Source: Bacteroidia bacterium (GTDB lineage Bacteria > Bacteroidota > Bacteroidia > JAIBAJ01). Taken from it: DNA of 64,000 nucleotides. This document shows positions 38,505 to 49,242 of the stretch, piece after piece. The position numbers and the translations under genes are program-made. The notes below the pieces were generated by a model, which was not told the DNA's origin, made no database searches, and saw nothing but the letters and a program-made list of their open reading frames with translations. Where the stretch lies: contig JAIBAJ010000001.1 in NCBI GenBank assembly GCA_019695265.1, positions 34,347 through 98,346 of the forward strand, in the 5' to 3' direction. Position 1 is the stretch's first letter, and each line of letters begins with the position of its first letter.

Positions 38505-39914
38505 TTGAAACGAATGGCAAACCCAATTAAAAAAGCCTTTCTTACCATGTTAGGTTTGATAGGACTTGTTATGGTTGTCCAATCTCAAAAACCTGAACCG
38601 GTCCGTTCCGACTCTTCCAAATTATGGAATGCCTTCAAGGGTGGAAAAGTAAGCGGATTAATTAGGTATTATTTTAGTGCTACCGACAACCACTCACCCT
38701 ACACCGACTATTTTGCCAATGCCTTGGGCGGTGCAATAAAATACGAAACAGGAAATTTTCATGGCTTTAGAGCGGGTATAGAAGTTTATTCCAACTTCAA
38801 TTTGGGTTCCTCTGATTTATCAAAACCCGATTCCATTTCAAGGCAATTAGACCGATACGAATTGGGATTATTTGATGTAGAAAATCCGGCCAACAAGCGG
38901 GATATTACCCGACTAACCGAGTTATACCTTTCCTATACTATTAGTAAAACCACCCTTAAATTGGGACGACAAGCCTTACAAACCCCATTTTTGAATGTTC
39001 AGGATGGGCGAATGCAACCCAGCGTGGCACAAGGTATCGTTTTTGAAACCCAAAACCTGGGAAAAATGAAAATAGAGGGAGGCTGGATAATAGGAATTTC
39101 GCCTCGAAGCAGCTCCAGGTGGTTTTCAACGGCAGGCTCGGTTGGAGTTTATTCCATGGGAGTTACCACCTCCGGTAAAAAAGCCAATTATTACGGGGCC
39201 ATTTCGAGCAAAGGTGTTTTTTTTCTGGGAACTCAATGTTCGCCAATTCCCTGGTTTAAATGGACTGTTCATGATTTATTTTTTGAAAATGTAATGAATA
39301 CGGTTTTGGTTCAAATCGATTTAAACTGGGCCATTAAACCGAACTGGAAAATTATTGGCGGAGCACAATCTATTAGGCAGGATGCGGTGGGAAATGGAGG
39401 GAATCCAAATCCGGAAAACACCTATATCAATCCCAAGGCTTCAGCAATTACTTTGGGTGGACGGCTAGGATTTGAATGGAAAGGATTGGAGTTTACCACC
39501 AACTATAACCGAATTTTCAATAATGGAAGGTTCTTAATGCCAAGGGAATGGGGAAGAGAACCCTTTTATACCTTTATTCCCAGGGAACGAAATGAAGGGG
39601 CAGGAAATGTTCATGCCTGGGTAGCAAAACTTCAATATGGATGGGAAAAAACCGGAATAAAGATTGGATTGGCAGGAGGTTATTATCAATTCCCGGATGC
39701 TAAAGACTTTCGCCTCAATAAATACGGAATGCCCTCTTATGCTCAACTCAACCTTGATATCAAATACCGGTTTACAAAATGGTTAAAAGGCCTAGATGCC
39801 CAATTACTAGTGGCGGGAAAAATAAACCGGGCCAATATGTATGGAGAAGCAAAGTATGAAATAAACAAAGTTAACCTGGTTTTGTACAATTTTATTCTAA
39901 ACTACCTCTTTTAG
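38505..39914 (+). CDS. Hypothetical outer-membrane beta-barrel (porin-like) protein
   Basis: Signal peptide, alternating amphipathic strands and a C-terminal aromatic residue (..NYLF). Co-oriented and tightly linked to the TauE gene. Confidence 0.5.
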   Translation: MKRMANPIKKAFLTMLGLIGLVMVVQSQKPEPVRSDSSKLWNAFKGGKVSGLIRYYFSATDNHSPYTDYFANALGGAIKYETGNFHGFRAGIEVYSNFNLGSSDLSKPDSISRQLDRYELGLFDVENPANKRDITRLTELYLSYTISKTTLKLGRQALQTPFLNVQDGRMQPSVAQGIVFETQNLGKMKIEGGWIIGISPRSSSRWFSTAGSVGVYSMGVTTSGKKANYYGAISSKGVFFLGTQCSPIPWFKWTVHDLFFENVMNTVLVQIDLNWAIKPNWKIIGGAQSIRQDAVGNGGNPNPENTYINPKASAITLGGRLGFEWKGLEFTTNYNRIFNNGRFLMPREWGREPFYTFIPRERNEGAGNVHAWVAKLQYGWEKTGIKIGLAGGYYQFPDAKDFRLNKYGMPSYAQLNLDIKYRFTKWLKGLDAQLLVAGKINRANMYGEAKYEINKVNLVLYNFILNYLF

Positions 39915-39964
39915 AATAGCATCGAAAATAAAAACTACAGGCACGCTGAAAAACACGGCAAGTA

Positions 39965-40102
39965 ATACCAATTTTAATTTATAAATAGTCCGAAGGCTTT
40001 TATAAATTTAGATTGGTAAATGCCGAGTATACAGTATGTTAGGCCTATTTTTCAATAGGAATTAATACCTAAAATTGGACTAAACATAATGTACATTCGG
40101 TG
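39965..40102 (+). repeat. Family-2 repeat, copy 2
   Basis: Near-identical to the reverse complement of 31561-31697. It ends 3 bp before the stop codon (40106-40108) of the convergent gene. Confidence 0.85.
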
Positions 40103-40105
40103 TAA

Positions 40106-40675
40106 CTACTCAGACTCCAGACATAAAAAAGGAAAACGACTTTTCAAACGAGGCAAATCTCGCTCTTCAACCGGTAAAAACTTCCAACTTTCGCCGTTGC
40201 CCGAAATTGCAATTAAAAAACGATCGGTAAGAACCTCTTCCCCTCCGGGAGATTTTATAAAAGAAGTTCTTTGTTTGAGTAAACATTGATATTCCTTATT
40301 GCAAAAGAAAATTTTACCTTTTCCTAACACTTCAAAACCACGCAATTGAAGATGAAGCGAATCCAAGTCTTGCTTATAGTTTTTGTGTTCCGATTCAAAC
40401 TCTTCAAAAACCTGAGTACCCAAGGCAAAAGGATGGAAATAAAAATAAACCGTTTTTAAATCATTCTCTTGAATGGCCTTGTTTCGCAGGTTTAACTCCC
40501 TTTCAATCCTATTTCGCAACCACTCATTGTGCTGAATCAGTGCATTGGCATTGGTAACCGAATCTGTTTGAGCATGTGCAACCGACCACCCTATAAAAAA
40601 CAACACCATTGACGGAAAAAATCGACGCAACAAAAGCAAGTAACTCATACTTTTTTTATTCAACTTAGATAACAA
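40106..40675 (-). CDS. Hypothetical secreted protein
   Basis: 189 aa with a signal peptide (MSYLLLLRRFFPSMVLFFIGWSVAHAQ). No recognisable family. Confidence 0.5.
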   Translation of the reverse strand: MLSKLNKKSMSYLLLLRRFFPSMVLFFIGWSVAHAQTDSVTNANALIQHNEWLRNRIERELNLRNKAIQENDLKTVYFYFHPFALGTQVFEEFESEHKNYKQDLDSLHLQLRGFEVLGKGKIFFCNKEYQCLLKQRTSFIKSPGGEEVLTDRFLIAISGNGESWKFLPVEERDLPRLKSRFPFLCLESE

Positions 40676-40791
40676 GCTCCGAACGAAAAATGGAAAACAA
40701 CATCATCCATTCACCTGATTCTGTTGAACTTAGCCCTCCAACGCAATTATTACCTGAAGGTTCTTCCTTGAGTAATTCAACAATCAAAAAA

Positions 40792-42345
40792 CTAATCTTG
40801 CAATAAAATACGACCTTGGGACAGTAAGGAATTATTATTCATGATTCGGTAGGAATACATACCGGCAGGTAATTCCTTTTTTGCAAACAAATAAGTGCTT
40901 CCTTGAATATCAGTGATATGCTTAACAAGTTGTCCATTGGTATTGTAAATCAGCAATTCTCCATTTTGACATGGGTTATTAAATTGAAAATGAACCTGGT
41001 TATTGCTTGGATTAGGGAAGGATTGAACGGAGGAATTAGTTGTAGTTTCTGCTAAACCGACCGGTGAACCAATGGTATTATGGTATCGGGCAATAGCAAA
41101 ATAATTTTGAGAATTATAAGCTGCACCAGCCAACAGAATTTTACCATCCTGTTGCAAGGCAAGGGAATAACCAACGGCATCCCCTATTCCTTCAAAATCA
41201 GTGGTAACTTTTCCGTCTGCATCAAACGTTGTATCCAAACTTCCGTCCATTTGGTACTTCGCTAAAGCAAAATAGATATCGCTTCCGATGCTATGGTATC
41301 CACCGACCAAAACTTTGCCATCTATCTGAACAATTAAATCCACCGGGGCACCATAATCATTTACTGTACCCCAATCGGTATAAACCACACCACTGTTTCC
41401 CCAGCTTAAATCCAGGTTTCCGTCCGAATTTATTCGAATAATGATAAAATCATAATAGCTATTGTCTATGTATCCTGCCAATAGAATTTTCCCATCCGGC
41501 TGAACATCCAATGCATAACCATATTCATTGAAAGAACCAAATATTCCGGCAGTTACAATACCGTCGCCATCAAAGGTATTGTCAAGACTGCCATCAGTAT
41601 TGTATCTGGCAATTAAAAAATTAGCATTCGTATTATCAAAGCTAAAACCGCCTACCAGTATTTTCCCGTCAGACTGCAATTTAACCGAATAACCATAATC
41701 GTCTAAGTTTGCCGACACCGGAGTAACAACAATTCCATCGGTACTAAAGGTATTGTCTAAACTTCCATCTGCATTTAAACGAACCATAATTAAATCATTG
41801 TTTCCTGAGCCGGAACTTCCACCTGTTAGTACGATTTTTCCATCGCCTTGTAATACCAAAGATTCAACCCTTTGGTTAGGATTACCGGGCACAATGGCAG
41901 CCGCATTTGTTCCAAAACTTAGATCTGGTTCACCTGTTGGAAGCAACCTAACAACCATCATCAAATCTCCAAGTCCATCGTTGGTGAATCCGCCGACCAA
42001 AATTTTTCCATCCGGTTGAACGGCTAAACAATTGGCTCTGTCTTCATTGGTGTTAATTCCAAAGGTGGTATAACCATAAACACTGAATGAAGAATCAATA
42101 CTACCATCCTCCAAAAACTGCATTACAGCAAAATCATACGAATTCGCAGTATAGGAATGTCCGGCAATAAGGATTTTGCCATTGTCAAGGGCAACAATTC
42201 CTTTGGCTGCATCATCAAAGGTTCCAATGGATGCCATTACTTTTCCATCGGTATCAAAACTCAAATCCAGGGAACCATCCTGAGCAAAACAGGGCAAACT
42301 GAAACCCATTCCAATAGCGATTAGTGCTGAATAAATTTTTTCCAT
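40792..42345 (-). CDS. Delta-60-repeat beta-propeller protein with T9SS C-terminal sorting domain
   Basis: Signal peptide. About 8 repeats of the DGSLDxTF..DGKV/I..G motif. The C-terminal ~80 aa (SFPNPSNNQVHF...AGMYSY..) resemble the T9SS C-terminal domain. Confidence 0.7.
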   Translation of the reverse strand: MEKIYSALIAIGMGFSLPCFAQDGSLDLSFDTDGKVMASIGTFDDAAKGIVALDNGKILIAGHSYTANSYDFAVMQFLEDGSIDSSFSVYGYTTFGINTNEDRANCLAVQPDGKILVGGFTNDGLGDLMMVVRLLPTGEPDLSFGTNAAAIVPGNPNQRVESLVLQGDGKIVLTGGSSGSGNNDLIMVRLNADGSLDNTFSTDGIVVTPVSANLDDYGYSVKLQSDGKILVGGFSFDNTNANFLIARYNTDGSLDNTFDGDGIVTAGIFGSFNEYGYALDVQPDGKILLAGYIDNSYYDFIIIRINSDGNLDLSWGNSGVVYTDWGTVNDYGAPVDLIVQIDGKVLVGGYHSIGSDIYFALAKYQMDGSLDTTFDADGKVTTDFEGIGDAVGYSLALQQDGKILLAGAAYNSQNYFAIARYHNTIGSPVGLAETTTNSSVQSFPNPSNNQVHFQFNNPCQNGELLIYNTNGQLVKHITDIQGSTYLFAKKELPAGMYSYRIMNNNSLLSQGRILLQD

Positions 42346-42472
42346 TGATTAATTTTTGCTGTTGATTAATTTGAAAAATCCTCACAAAGTAATAAAATCT
42401 ACATTCCTAGAAAAAAGGAAAGAAAATCATCTTCTTATTTACAAACTTATGCCAAATAGATTAAGGAAAATC

Positions 42473-43591
42473 CTATGATTTGGTATTCATTAAATTTATT
42501 CCTAACTCATTGGACCTTCCGACGATTAAAGGGTCAATTTTACCAATGGCCATTTCATCTTTGTTCGAGAAAGGAACTTTATGTAAAATGTAACGCATCG
42601 CATTCAACCTGGCCCTTTTCTTACAATTGGATTTTACAATTATCCATGGAGCATCGGAGGTGTCGGTATGAAAAAACATTTGCTGCTTGGCCACGGTATA
42701 TTCTTTCCATTTACCCAGGGATGCCTTGTCAATTGGCGACAACTTCCATTGTTTAAGTGGATGATTTTCTCTTTCTTTAAACCTTCTCTTTTGCTCTTCG
42801 CGGGTAACGCTAAACCAAAATTTAAACAATAAAATTCCGCTTTGCACTATGTTCTTTTCAAATTCAGGAGCTTGTTGCATAAACTCATGGTATTCTTTAT
42901 CCGAGCAAAATCCCATTACTTTTTCAACGCCGGCACGGTTATACCATGAACGGTCAAAAAGTACAATTTCGCCCTTGGTAGGTAAATGTTTGATATACCT
43001 TTGAAAATACCATTGTCCACGTTCCTCTTCCGTAGGTTTTTCTAAGGCCACCACTCTGGCTCCCCTAGGATTCAGGTGTTCCATAAACCGTTTGATGGTT
43101 CCTCCTTTTCCGGCCGCATCTCTTCCTTCAAATAAAATAACCACTCTACTTCCGGTCTCCTTCACCCAGTTTTGCAACTTCAATAACTCAACCTGTAAAT
43201 CGTATTTATTTCGTTCATAGTTTTTCCTCGACATCAGGTTCTTGTAAGGATATTCAGCTTCCCTCCAATTGCCTAATAATTCCTCATCAGGATGAACCTT
43301 GATAGGCTGTTCATTTAAATTAGTTTGTAAGGTTTGGAGCACCTCTTTTTGCTCCTCCATGCTAAAATCTTTCAGGTAATCCAACAACTCGGTTTTACTT
43401 TTTGGCCCCTTTTTTAAAATTCCTTCTGCTACTGCAGCTTCGTGCTGTAGCTTAGCCTGGGTTCTAACCTGAACGGTTTTAGACTTCACTTGTTGAGGCG
43501 ACTTCCCTCCAATGACATCTCCGCTTGAAACCTTCTTTACTGCTGTTTTTACTGTGATTTGTTTTTCTTCCATTGCTTCTTTCTTGACCAT
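42473..43591 (-). CDS. Polyphosphate kinase 2 (PPK2) family protein with ~100-aa N-terminal extension
   Basis: Walker A-like FEGRDAAGKGGTI, then FDRSWYNRAGVE and lid-region motifs typical of PPK2. The N-terminal K/Q-rich extension is not part of the core fold. Confidence 0.75.
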   Translation of the reverse strand: MVKKEAMEEKQITVKTAVKKVSSGDVIGGKSPQQVKSKTVQVRTQAKLQHEAAVAEGILKKGPKSKTELLDYLKDFSMEEQKEVLQTLQTNLNEQPIKVHPDEELLGNWREAEYPYKNLMSRKNYERNKYDLQVELLKLQNWVKETGSRVVILFEGRDAAGKGGTIKRFMEHLNPRGARVVALEKPTEEERGQWYFQRYIKHLPTKGEIVLFDRSWYNRAGVEKVMGFCSDKEYHEFMQQAPEFEKNIVQSGILLFKFWFSVTREEQKRRFKERENHPLKQWKLSPIDKASLGKWKEYTVAKQQMFFHTDTSDAPWIIVKSNCKKRARLNAMRYILHKVPFSNKDEMAIGKIDPLIVGRSNELGINLMNTKS

Positions 43592-43708
43592 TATTATTAT
43601 TTTATTAAGGCAAGGTTAATTGCCTATACAAAGTAAGGCAGAGCCCATAAAGTGCGCAAGAAAAACCACCTGAGATTGGTCAGTTTTCCTCCTGACAATT
43701 GGCAGGAA

Positions 43709-44278
43709 TTAGTGGCCGGTTTGTTTGGCCCATTCCGTCGAGTTAATCCGAAAAACATCCACCGGAAATTGATGAAACAGGGTCGTTTTTTCCGGTTTCA
43801 TCCCGTTGGAATACGCGACCCGCTTGGAATCCAGGTTCTCTACATGAATAATGGAAATTAAGGTATCACTGATTGAATTTTCAAAGCAAACATCACGACA
43901 TTTTCGAGCAGCCTCTGTGGCAAAACCCTTGCCCCGAAAGGCAGGCATTAAAGAATATCCAATTTCCAATTCCTCTTTCTCGTCCACCTTTTGCACCAGC
44001 AAGCCACATTGCCCTACTAACTTACCCGATCCCTTTTCCACCAATACATTCATACCTCCCAAATCATTTTCATACCTGTTATAAACGCGGTTAAACCATT
44101 CCCTGCATTTTTCCTCTGCGCTCCTCCTATCATTTGGGAAAATATAATTCAACGATAGCGGATCAGTGCAAAACCTTAACCAATCCTGAAAGTCTGCTTC
44201 TTCCAACTTCCTAAAATGAAGTCTTTCGGTTTCTTGCCCAAACAAAAGCAAGACTTGATTATCTTTTCTAAATGGCAT
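43709..44278 (-). CDS. GNAT family N-acetyltransferase (RimJ/RimL-like)
   Basis: 189 aa. LVGQCGL..., ..FRGKGFATEAARK match the GNAT motif A region. Confidence 0.65.
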   Translation of the reverse strand: MPFRKDNQVLLLFGQETERLHFRKLEEADFQDWLRFCTDPLSLNYIFPNDRRSAEEKCREWFNRVYNRYENDLGGMNVLVEKGSGKLVGQCGLLVQKVDEKEELEIGYSLMPAFRGKGFATEAARKCRDVCFENSISDTLISIIHVENLDSKRVAYSNGMKPEKTTLFHQFPVDVFRINSTEWAKQTGH

Positions 44279-44358
44279 TTCAAAAGGAAATTAATTTCAG
44301 ATTTATGCTCATTCACTTTCCGACCCTGCCTTATGAAAAACCTTAAATTCCGTTTGGC

Positions 44359-46011
44359 CTATTCCAGGATTACTCGCTGATGATACAGCTTTTCGCCCAT
44401 TTGAATTTTCACCATGTAGCAACCGGGCGATGAGGAATTAAGGGTAAGCGGCAGGGCAAGCTGTCCATACGCTTTTTCTAGCTGAGCGACCTTCTTCCCT
44501 TGCAAATCATAAACCTCGACACTTGCTTCGGAACGGGACTTAAAATCAATTTGATAATAACCGTTGCCGGGATTGGGGTAAACAATAAACGGGGTGGCGT
44601 CGATTATAGGAGAATTGATACCATTATACAAAATACATGTATCTGACAACGAATTCCTATTTTCAATAATTCCTTGCGAAACCAAGGCATGTCCGGCAAA
44701 ACCCGGAAAATCGGAAGGGTACAAAATGGAACTAAACAATTGGTTAAGCGTGGGGGTAGAATCTTGTTCCAGTATTCCGATTTTAGCATCGGGATTTACA
44801 TAAGCCCAGTACTGATTTCCGAGGGTATCAATTTCAAAAAAACGACCGGCAGCACCATCCGTAACAAACACATGGCCATTGGGCAACATTTGGGCACTTC
44901 CAACATTAATCGAATACCAATTTTTTTCATTGTTCCGGTTGTAAACCCAACTTTGATTGGCCGGCAAATAGGGCAATGTTTGATCATAATTATAACCTAA
45001 AACCGGAGGATTGATAATCTCAACCGTGGAAAAGGGCGTACCCGGATGCCCCAAGCCATTGTTAAAAACCATGATTTGATTTTCAAATGGCAAACCCGGC
45101 TTTATCCAATGTGCATTGTGTTGCCCATAAAATACTGAACTGGTTCCATGCCCATAAGAAGCCGGATTTCCCCAACGGTATAGCAAGTCTCCCCCCTTGC
45201 CTGAATTTCCTCCAACATGTCCGGCGGCTTCTTCGGTGGTTGTACTTTTGTCTATTATCCAAATCTCATTAAAAGCATGCACACTAACCATTATTTGATT
45301 CAAAACCGGATTGTAATCAATGGAATTTAAATGGATCCAATCCGAATTAGAAGCAAATGCCTTAAAATTGATATCCACCAAGTGAGGATTGTCTGCCACA
45401 ACCCCAAAATTGGGCTTAGTATTATCAAAATCCTGTATTAAATGATCCCACAGCTTCCATTCCCATACAATATTTGCCTCATTGGTGCCAACCGGCTGTA
45501 TCTCCATAATTTTCTCGCTAAATAAGGTTTGAGCACATTGCGATGGATTTCTTCCTCGCGCCATTGCTTGTGGTTTGGTTTTCAAATCCCAGGCAAACAA
45601 TAAAATATTTCCATTCTCCAAAGGCAAAATATCATGGTGCTGGCATTGCAACGAATCCGAAATTGTGTAGGACCACAAAACATTTCCATTCCAATCCTGC
45701 TTATGAATCACTCCTCCTCTGCCTCCGGCCACAAAATTGGTATTGGTCAATGAACCGGTAACATAAAGAAATCCATCCTGACCTAAATATCCCGACAATC
45801 CGGGATTATTAGGAATATCCCATGATTTACCCACACTTCCACAATGATCAACCAAATAAGTTTTGTGTGAAGCAACCGGACTAAAGATAAAATATCCATC
45901 CTGAAAACTTCCCGGATCATTCTGAATCAAACCCACAGTATTTTGTGATTGACCCCTGAAGTCTATACCAAAAACAAACAGCAGAATGGCTACTAAAGTT
46001 AAATTACGCAT
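44359..46011 (-). CDS. Arylsulfotransferase-like beta-propeller protein with T9SS C-terminal sorting domain
   Basis: Signal peptide. The HHDILPLENGNILLF and EIWIIDKSTTTEEAAGHVGG...LLYRWGNPASY segments resemble the ASST family. The C-terminal ~90 aa are T9SS-like (VYPNPGNGYYQI...CYMVKI). Confidence 0.5.
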   Translation of the reverse strand: MRNLTLVAILLFVFGIDFRGQSQNTVGLIQNDPGSFQDGYFIFSPVASHKTYLVDHCGSVGKSWDIPNNPGLSGYLGQDGFLYVTGSLTNTNFVAGGRGGVIHKQDWNGNVLWSYTISDSLQCQHHDILPLENGNILLFAWDLKTKPQAMARGRNPSQCAQTLFSEKIMEIQPVGTNEANIVWEWKLWDHLIQDFDNTKPNFGVVADNPHLVDINFKAFASNSDWIHLNSIDYNPVLNQIMVSVHAFNEIWIIDKSTTTEEAAGHVGGNSGKGGDLLYRWGNPASYGHGTSSVFYGQHNAHWIKPGLPFENQIMVFNNGLGHPGTPFSTVEIINPPVLGYNYDQTLPYLPANQSWVYNRNNEKNWYSINVGSAQMLPNGHVFVTDGAAGRFFEIDTLGNQYWAYVNPDAKIGILEQDSTPTLNQLFSSILYPSDFPGFAGHALVSQGIIENRNSLSDTCILYNGINSPIIDATPFIVYPNPGNGYYQIDFKSRSEASVEVYDLQGKKVAQLEKAYGQLALPLTLNSSSPGCYMVKIQMGEKLYHQRVILE

Positions 46012-46202
46012 ACTATTTTCAAATTTTAAACCTCCCGAAGAAGGTATGGCAAAAGGCAAAAATAGAAAACACCTAGTAATATGCTCTACTTCAAAGCTTT
46101 ATTTTAACTCGCATCACCTTCCCATACGGAAACCTTCCGAAAAAAAGACAACTTCCTGCACTCCACTTTCAATCAAGCGATGGAAGATTTACCTACTCAA
46201 AA

Positions 46203-46601
46203 TTAAAACACCGTAGAATCGTTTGGCTTGGTATCGGCACTTCCGGGATGGTAATGGCTATGATGATCTACCGGCCTGGTTAACACTTTAATATCATCTG
46301 CAACTACCTCTGTTGAATAGCGCTTATGCCCCTCCTTATCCTCCCAGCTTCGAGTATGTAAATGGCCTTCAATATAAACCTGAGTCCCTTTTTTAAGCAA
46401 TTTCTCAGCTATTTCCGCCAAACCTCGCCAAGCTACTACATTATGCCATTCCGTTTGATCCTGTCTATTTCCATTTTTATCCTTAAAGTGCTCGGTGGTT
46501 GCAAGGGGAAAACTAGCTATGGTAGCTCCGTTCTCTAAATACCTAAGTTCAGGATCCTTACCCAAATTGCCTATCAATAGAACTTTGTTTAATCCGGCCA
46601 T
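46203..46601 (-). CDS. ssb: Single-stranded DNA-binding protein
   Basis: MAGLNKVLLIGNLGKDPELRY...TEWHNVVAWRGLAE...GTQVYIEGHLHTRSWEDKEGHKRYSTEVVADDI has an OB-fold with the canonical SSB motifs. 132 aa. Confidence 0.85.
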   Translation of the reverse strand: MAGLNKVLLIGNLGKDPELRYLENGATIASFPLATTEHFKDKNGNRQDQTEWHNVVAWRGLAEIAEKLLKKGTQVYIEGHLHTRSWEDKEGHKRYSTEVVADDIKVLTRPVDHHSHYHPGSADTKPNDSTVF

Positions 46602-46703
46602 GAAAAAAAATTAAAATATGTTTCCAAAGAAATACAATTTTTTGGACATAAAAAAATTATTATTAATTTTTTATTCTTGTAAAAACCTATAAAAATAATA
46701 CAA

Positions 46704-47714
46704 TTATTCAAGCGGATAAACCACCAAAGTCTCCAACTTTGCGGTATCTTTCACCACATCAGGGTCAGTGAGGTAAATTTCCCAAGCAGGTGCCTTTTGC
46801 CGCTTGTTTTGCTCCTTCATCCAAATCGCAATTCGGGCGTGTGCAGCGGAAGTTTTAGCAAAATCACCCCGATACAAACATTGAGCAGAACGAACCTTTT
46901 CAAATCTTTTATAAAAAATTCGTTTATGCCCCAACACAGGCCTATCAATCGGTATACCGGCATCAACCTGAATTTGAGCTGCACTAAAACGATGGTAAAT
47001 GGCAAAAGTAGGACCTTCCATCCTTATATGTTCTTGCTTCATATAAGCTAAAATATCCCTATAAGCCGCACTAAGCTTTTCCCCAATTTCTTTTTCCGTA
47101 CACTTAATCGAAATCAGAAGAGCCTGTTTCGGACTAAAATCTTTCTCCTCTACAACCATGGCCGGCTTTTCTTCCTCCTTTTTCACCTTAGGTTGCCCCT
47201 CCACCAATTGTTTGATTTGAACTAATCCTTTCTCATAATCCGGTCCCATCATCCCATCCATAAACAAACCAAACGGCCTTTCCCAAAACGCCAACTTGCC
47301 TACATTGGTCCATACAATCTTAGTAGCAGAACCTTGAGGAATTAATTCAAACTTCCCAACCGACTTAGCGCCGAAATCCAACATATGCATCGAATATCCC
47401 ACACTATCCTCGGTGGAATAAAGCACCTTCAACTCTCCCTCTCCACTCTCTTTCCCTTTCCAATGCATAAATGCACCGGCTCCACGCTCCGGACCATCAT
47501 ACCTGATACTCATTCCGGGATCCATCTTCACCCATGGTGACCAATGCTCATTCCAATGATGAAAATTATCTAACTCTGCCTGAATGTACCCTGCATCCCC
47601 TTCCACAACTATTTCCCTGCTTACCTCAAAATGGTCGGGTAAAAAGTAAAACCCGACAAATAGCACAAAAGCAGCTATTCCCAAGCCTATTCCAATCCGT
47701 TTTATCATCTTCAT
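46704..47714 (-). CDS. SRPBCC (Bet v1/polyketide-cyclase-like) + GyrI-like small-molecule-binding domain protein
   Basis: N-terminal TM/signal segment, then an SRPBCC-like region. The C-terminal ~150 aa (..IRMEGPTFAIYHRF...WEIYLTDP..) resemble the GyrI-like effector-binding fold. Confidence 0.45.
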   Translation of the reverse strand: MKMIKRIGIGLGIAAFVLFVGFYFLPDHFEVSREIVVEGDAGYIQAELDNFHHWNEHWSPWVKMDPGMSIRYDGPERGAGAFMHWKGKESGEGELKVLYSTEDSVGYSMHMLDFGAKSVGKFELIPQGSATKIVWTNVGKLAFWERPFGLFMDGMMGPDYEKGLVQIKQLVEGQPKVKKEEEKPAMVVEEKDFSPKQALLISIKCTEKEIGEKLSAAYRDILAYMKQEHIRMEGPTFAIYHRFSAAQIQVDAGIPIDRPVLGHKRIFYKRFEKVRSAQCLYRGDFAKTSAAHARIAIWMKEQNKRQKAPAWEIYLTDPDVVKDTAKLETLVVYPLE

Positions 47715-47810
47715 TTAAATAATAGATAGGCTCAAATATAGCAAAAGAATTTCTCTCCTCCGTTTCCGAAAGCATGTTTTTATGCAAAATGAACCCTAAG
47801 AATTACTCCC

Positions 47811-48437
47811 CTAAGAATGTAAATCGGCCGATATCAGTCGTATAAATTCACTCCTGGTTTTGCCTTCCAAAAATTCACCTGTAAAAGCCGATGTGGTAGT
47901 AACTGAATTCTGCTTTTGAACTCCCCGCATCTGCATACACAAATGCGCACATTCAATCACTACTGCAACCCCTTTCGGATGCAAGGTTTCCTGAATACAA
48001 TCCCTGATTTCATTAGTCAATCGCTCCTGAACCTGCAAGCGACGAGCAAAGGCATCTACTACCCTCGGAATTTTACTCAAACCCACTATCTTCCCATCCG
48101 GAATATAGGCAATATGAGCCTTGCCAAAAAAAGGCAATAAATGATGTTCGCATAAAGAATACAATTCAATATCCTTCACCAACACCATTTGACTATAATC
48201 CTCGTTAAACATGGCTGAGCGCATAATTTCACCCGGATCAATGTCGTAACCCGAAGTAAGAAACTGCATCGCTTTAGCAGCCCTCTCCGGCGTTTTTAAT
48301 AGGCCTTCCCGGTCAATGTTCTCGCCCAGGTCTTTTAAAATCGAACCGTAACTAAATGACAAATCTTTTGTTGTTTTCTCGTCATACCGGTCAATTTTTT
48401 CGTAGCCCTTGTCTTGTTTGTTCTTTCTGTATGTCAT
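47811..48437 (-). CDS. folE: GTP cyclohydrolase I
   Basis: [18 protein letters not shown]...[10 protein letters not shown]...RLQVQERLT is the FolE signature. Start taken at ATG 48437 so that it does not overlap the upstream queD-like gene. Confidence 0.88.
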   Translation of the reverse strand: MTYRKNKQDKGYEKIDRYDEKTTKDLSFSYGSILKDLGENIDREGLLKTPERAAKAMQFLTSGYDIDPGEIMRSAMFNEDYSQMVLVKDIELYSLCEHHLLPFFGKAHIAYIPDGKIVGLSKIPRVVDAFARRLQVQERLTNEIRDCIQETLHPKGVAVVIECAHLCMQMRGVQKQNSVTTTSAFTGEFLEGKTRSEFIRLISADLHS

Positions 48438-48456
48438 AAAAATGGTAACAAGTTTC

Positions 48457-48876
48457 TTATTCTCCCCGGTACTCCACAGAGTTGTTCTCCGTTTCAAATA
48501 TCCGCACCGAATAGAGTTTTGCATGGTGCTCCTGAATCAATGGATCCAAAATCTTCCATATCGCAATTGCCATATTTTCCGTACTCGGCAAAATCCCCGC
48601 CATAAACGGAACATCCACATTCAAATTCTTATGATCCAACTTAACAATTACTTCCCTTTGAATCAAAACAGCCAGGTCTTTCAAATTAATGATAAAACCT
48701 GTTTCCGGATTTGGTCTACCTTTTACCGTTACCAATAACGTAAAATTATGTCCATGCCAATTGGCATTCGAACAACGTCCAAAAACTCTTTGATTTTCTT
48801 CTTCACTCCAATCAGAACGATGCAAACGATGGGCTGCATTAAAATTTTCCTTCCTGGTTAAATATACTTCTGGCAT
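48457..48876 (-). CDS. queD: 6-carboxytetrahydropterin synthase / 6-pyruvoyl-tetrahydropterin synthase family (QueD/PTPS)
   Basis: [17 protein letters not shown] and the zinc-ligand and catalytic motifs of the PTPS fold. 139 aa, directly upstream of folE. Confidence 0.75.
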   Translation of the reverse strand: MPEVYLTRKENFNAAHRLHRSDWSEEENQRVFGRCSNANWHGHNFTLLVTVKGRPNPETGFIINLKDLAVLIQREVIVKLDHKNLNVDVPFMAGILPSTENMAIAIWKILDPLIQEHHAKLYSVRIFETENNSVEYRGE

Positions 48877-49009
48877 ATTTCACAAAAGTAGCTAGAACTA
48901 ACTTTGAAACACTAATTCATCGCAATTCTTTTGGTTTTTTAAGGTTTCCTCCCCACCATTTCCGCACTTGCTGTCTTATTTTGTCAAAATTTTTTAGGTT
49001 TTTTATTTA

Positions 49010-49170
49010 GGCGGGCCCCCTTCCGCCAACCACCCTTCTTGCCAAATTTTCAAGGCTAAGCACATGGCGTTCGGGTCACGCTATCGGCTGTAGTCCTCGT
49101 CCCCCTAGGCTAAAGCCGTAGTGGGCCTGTGGGCTACTTGCCTCTATCGTTGCCCGGGCACTCCGAACCT
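49010..49170 (+). repeat. Family-1a repeat, copy F
   Basis: GGCGGGCCCCCTTCCGCC...GGCGTTCGGGTCACGCTATCGGCTGTAGTCCTCGTCCCCCTAGGCTAAAGCCGTAGTGGGCCTGTGGGCTACTTGCCTCTATCGTTGCCCG. Confidence 0.85.
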
Positions 49171-49242
49171 GGCTCCTGCAAGCCTCTAAGCTTTTACCTC
49201 TTCCACTAACTACCAACCGTTGAAATCTTTACCCAACCCGGC

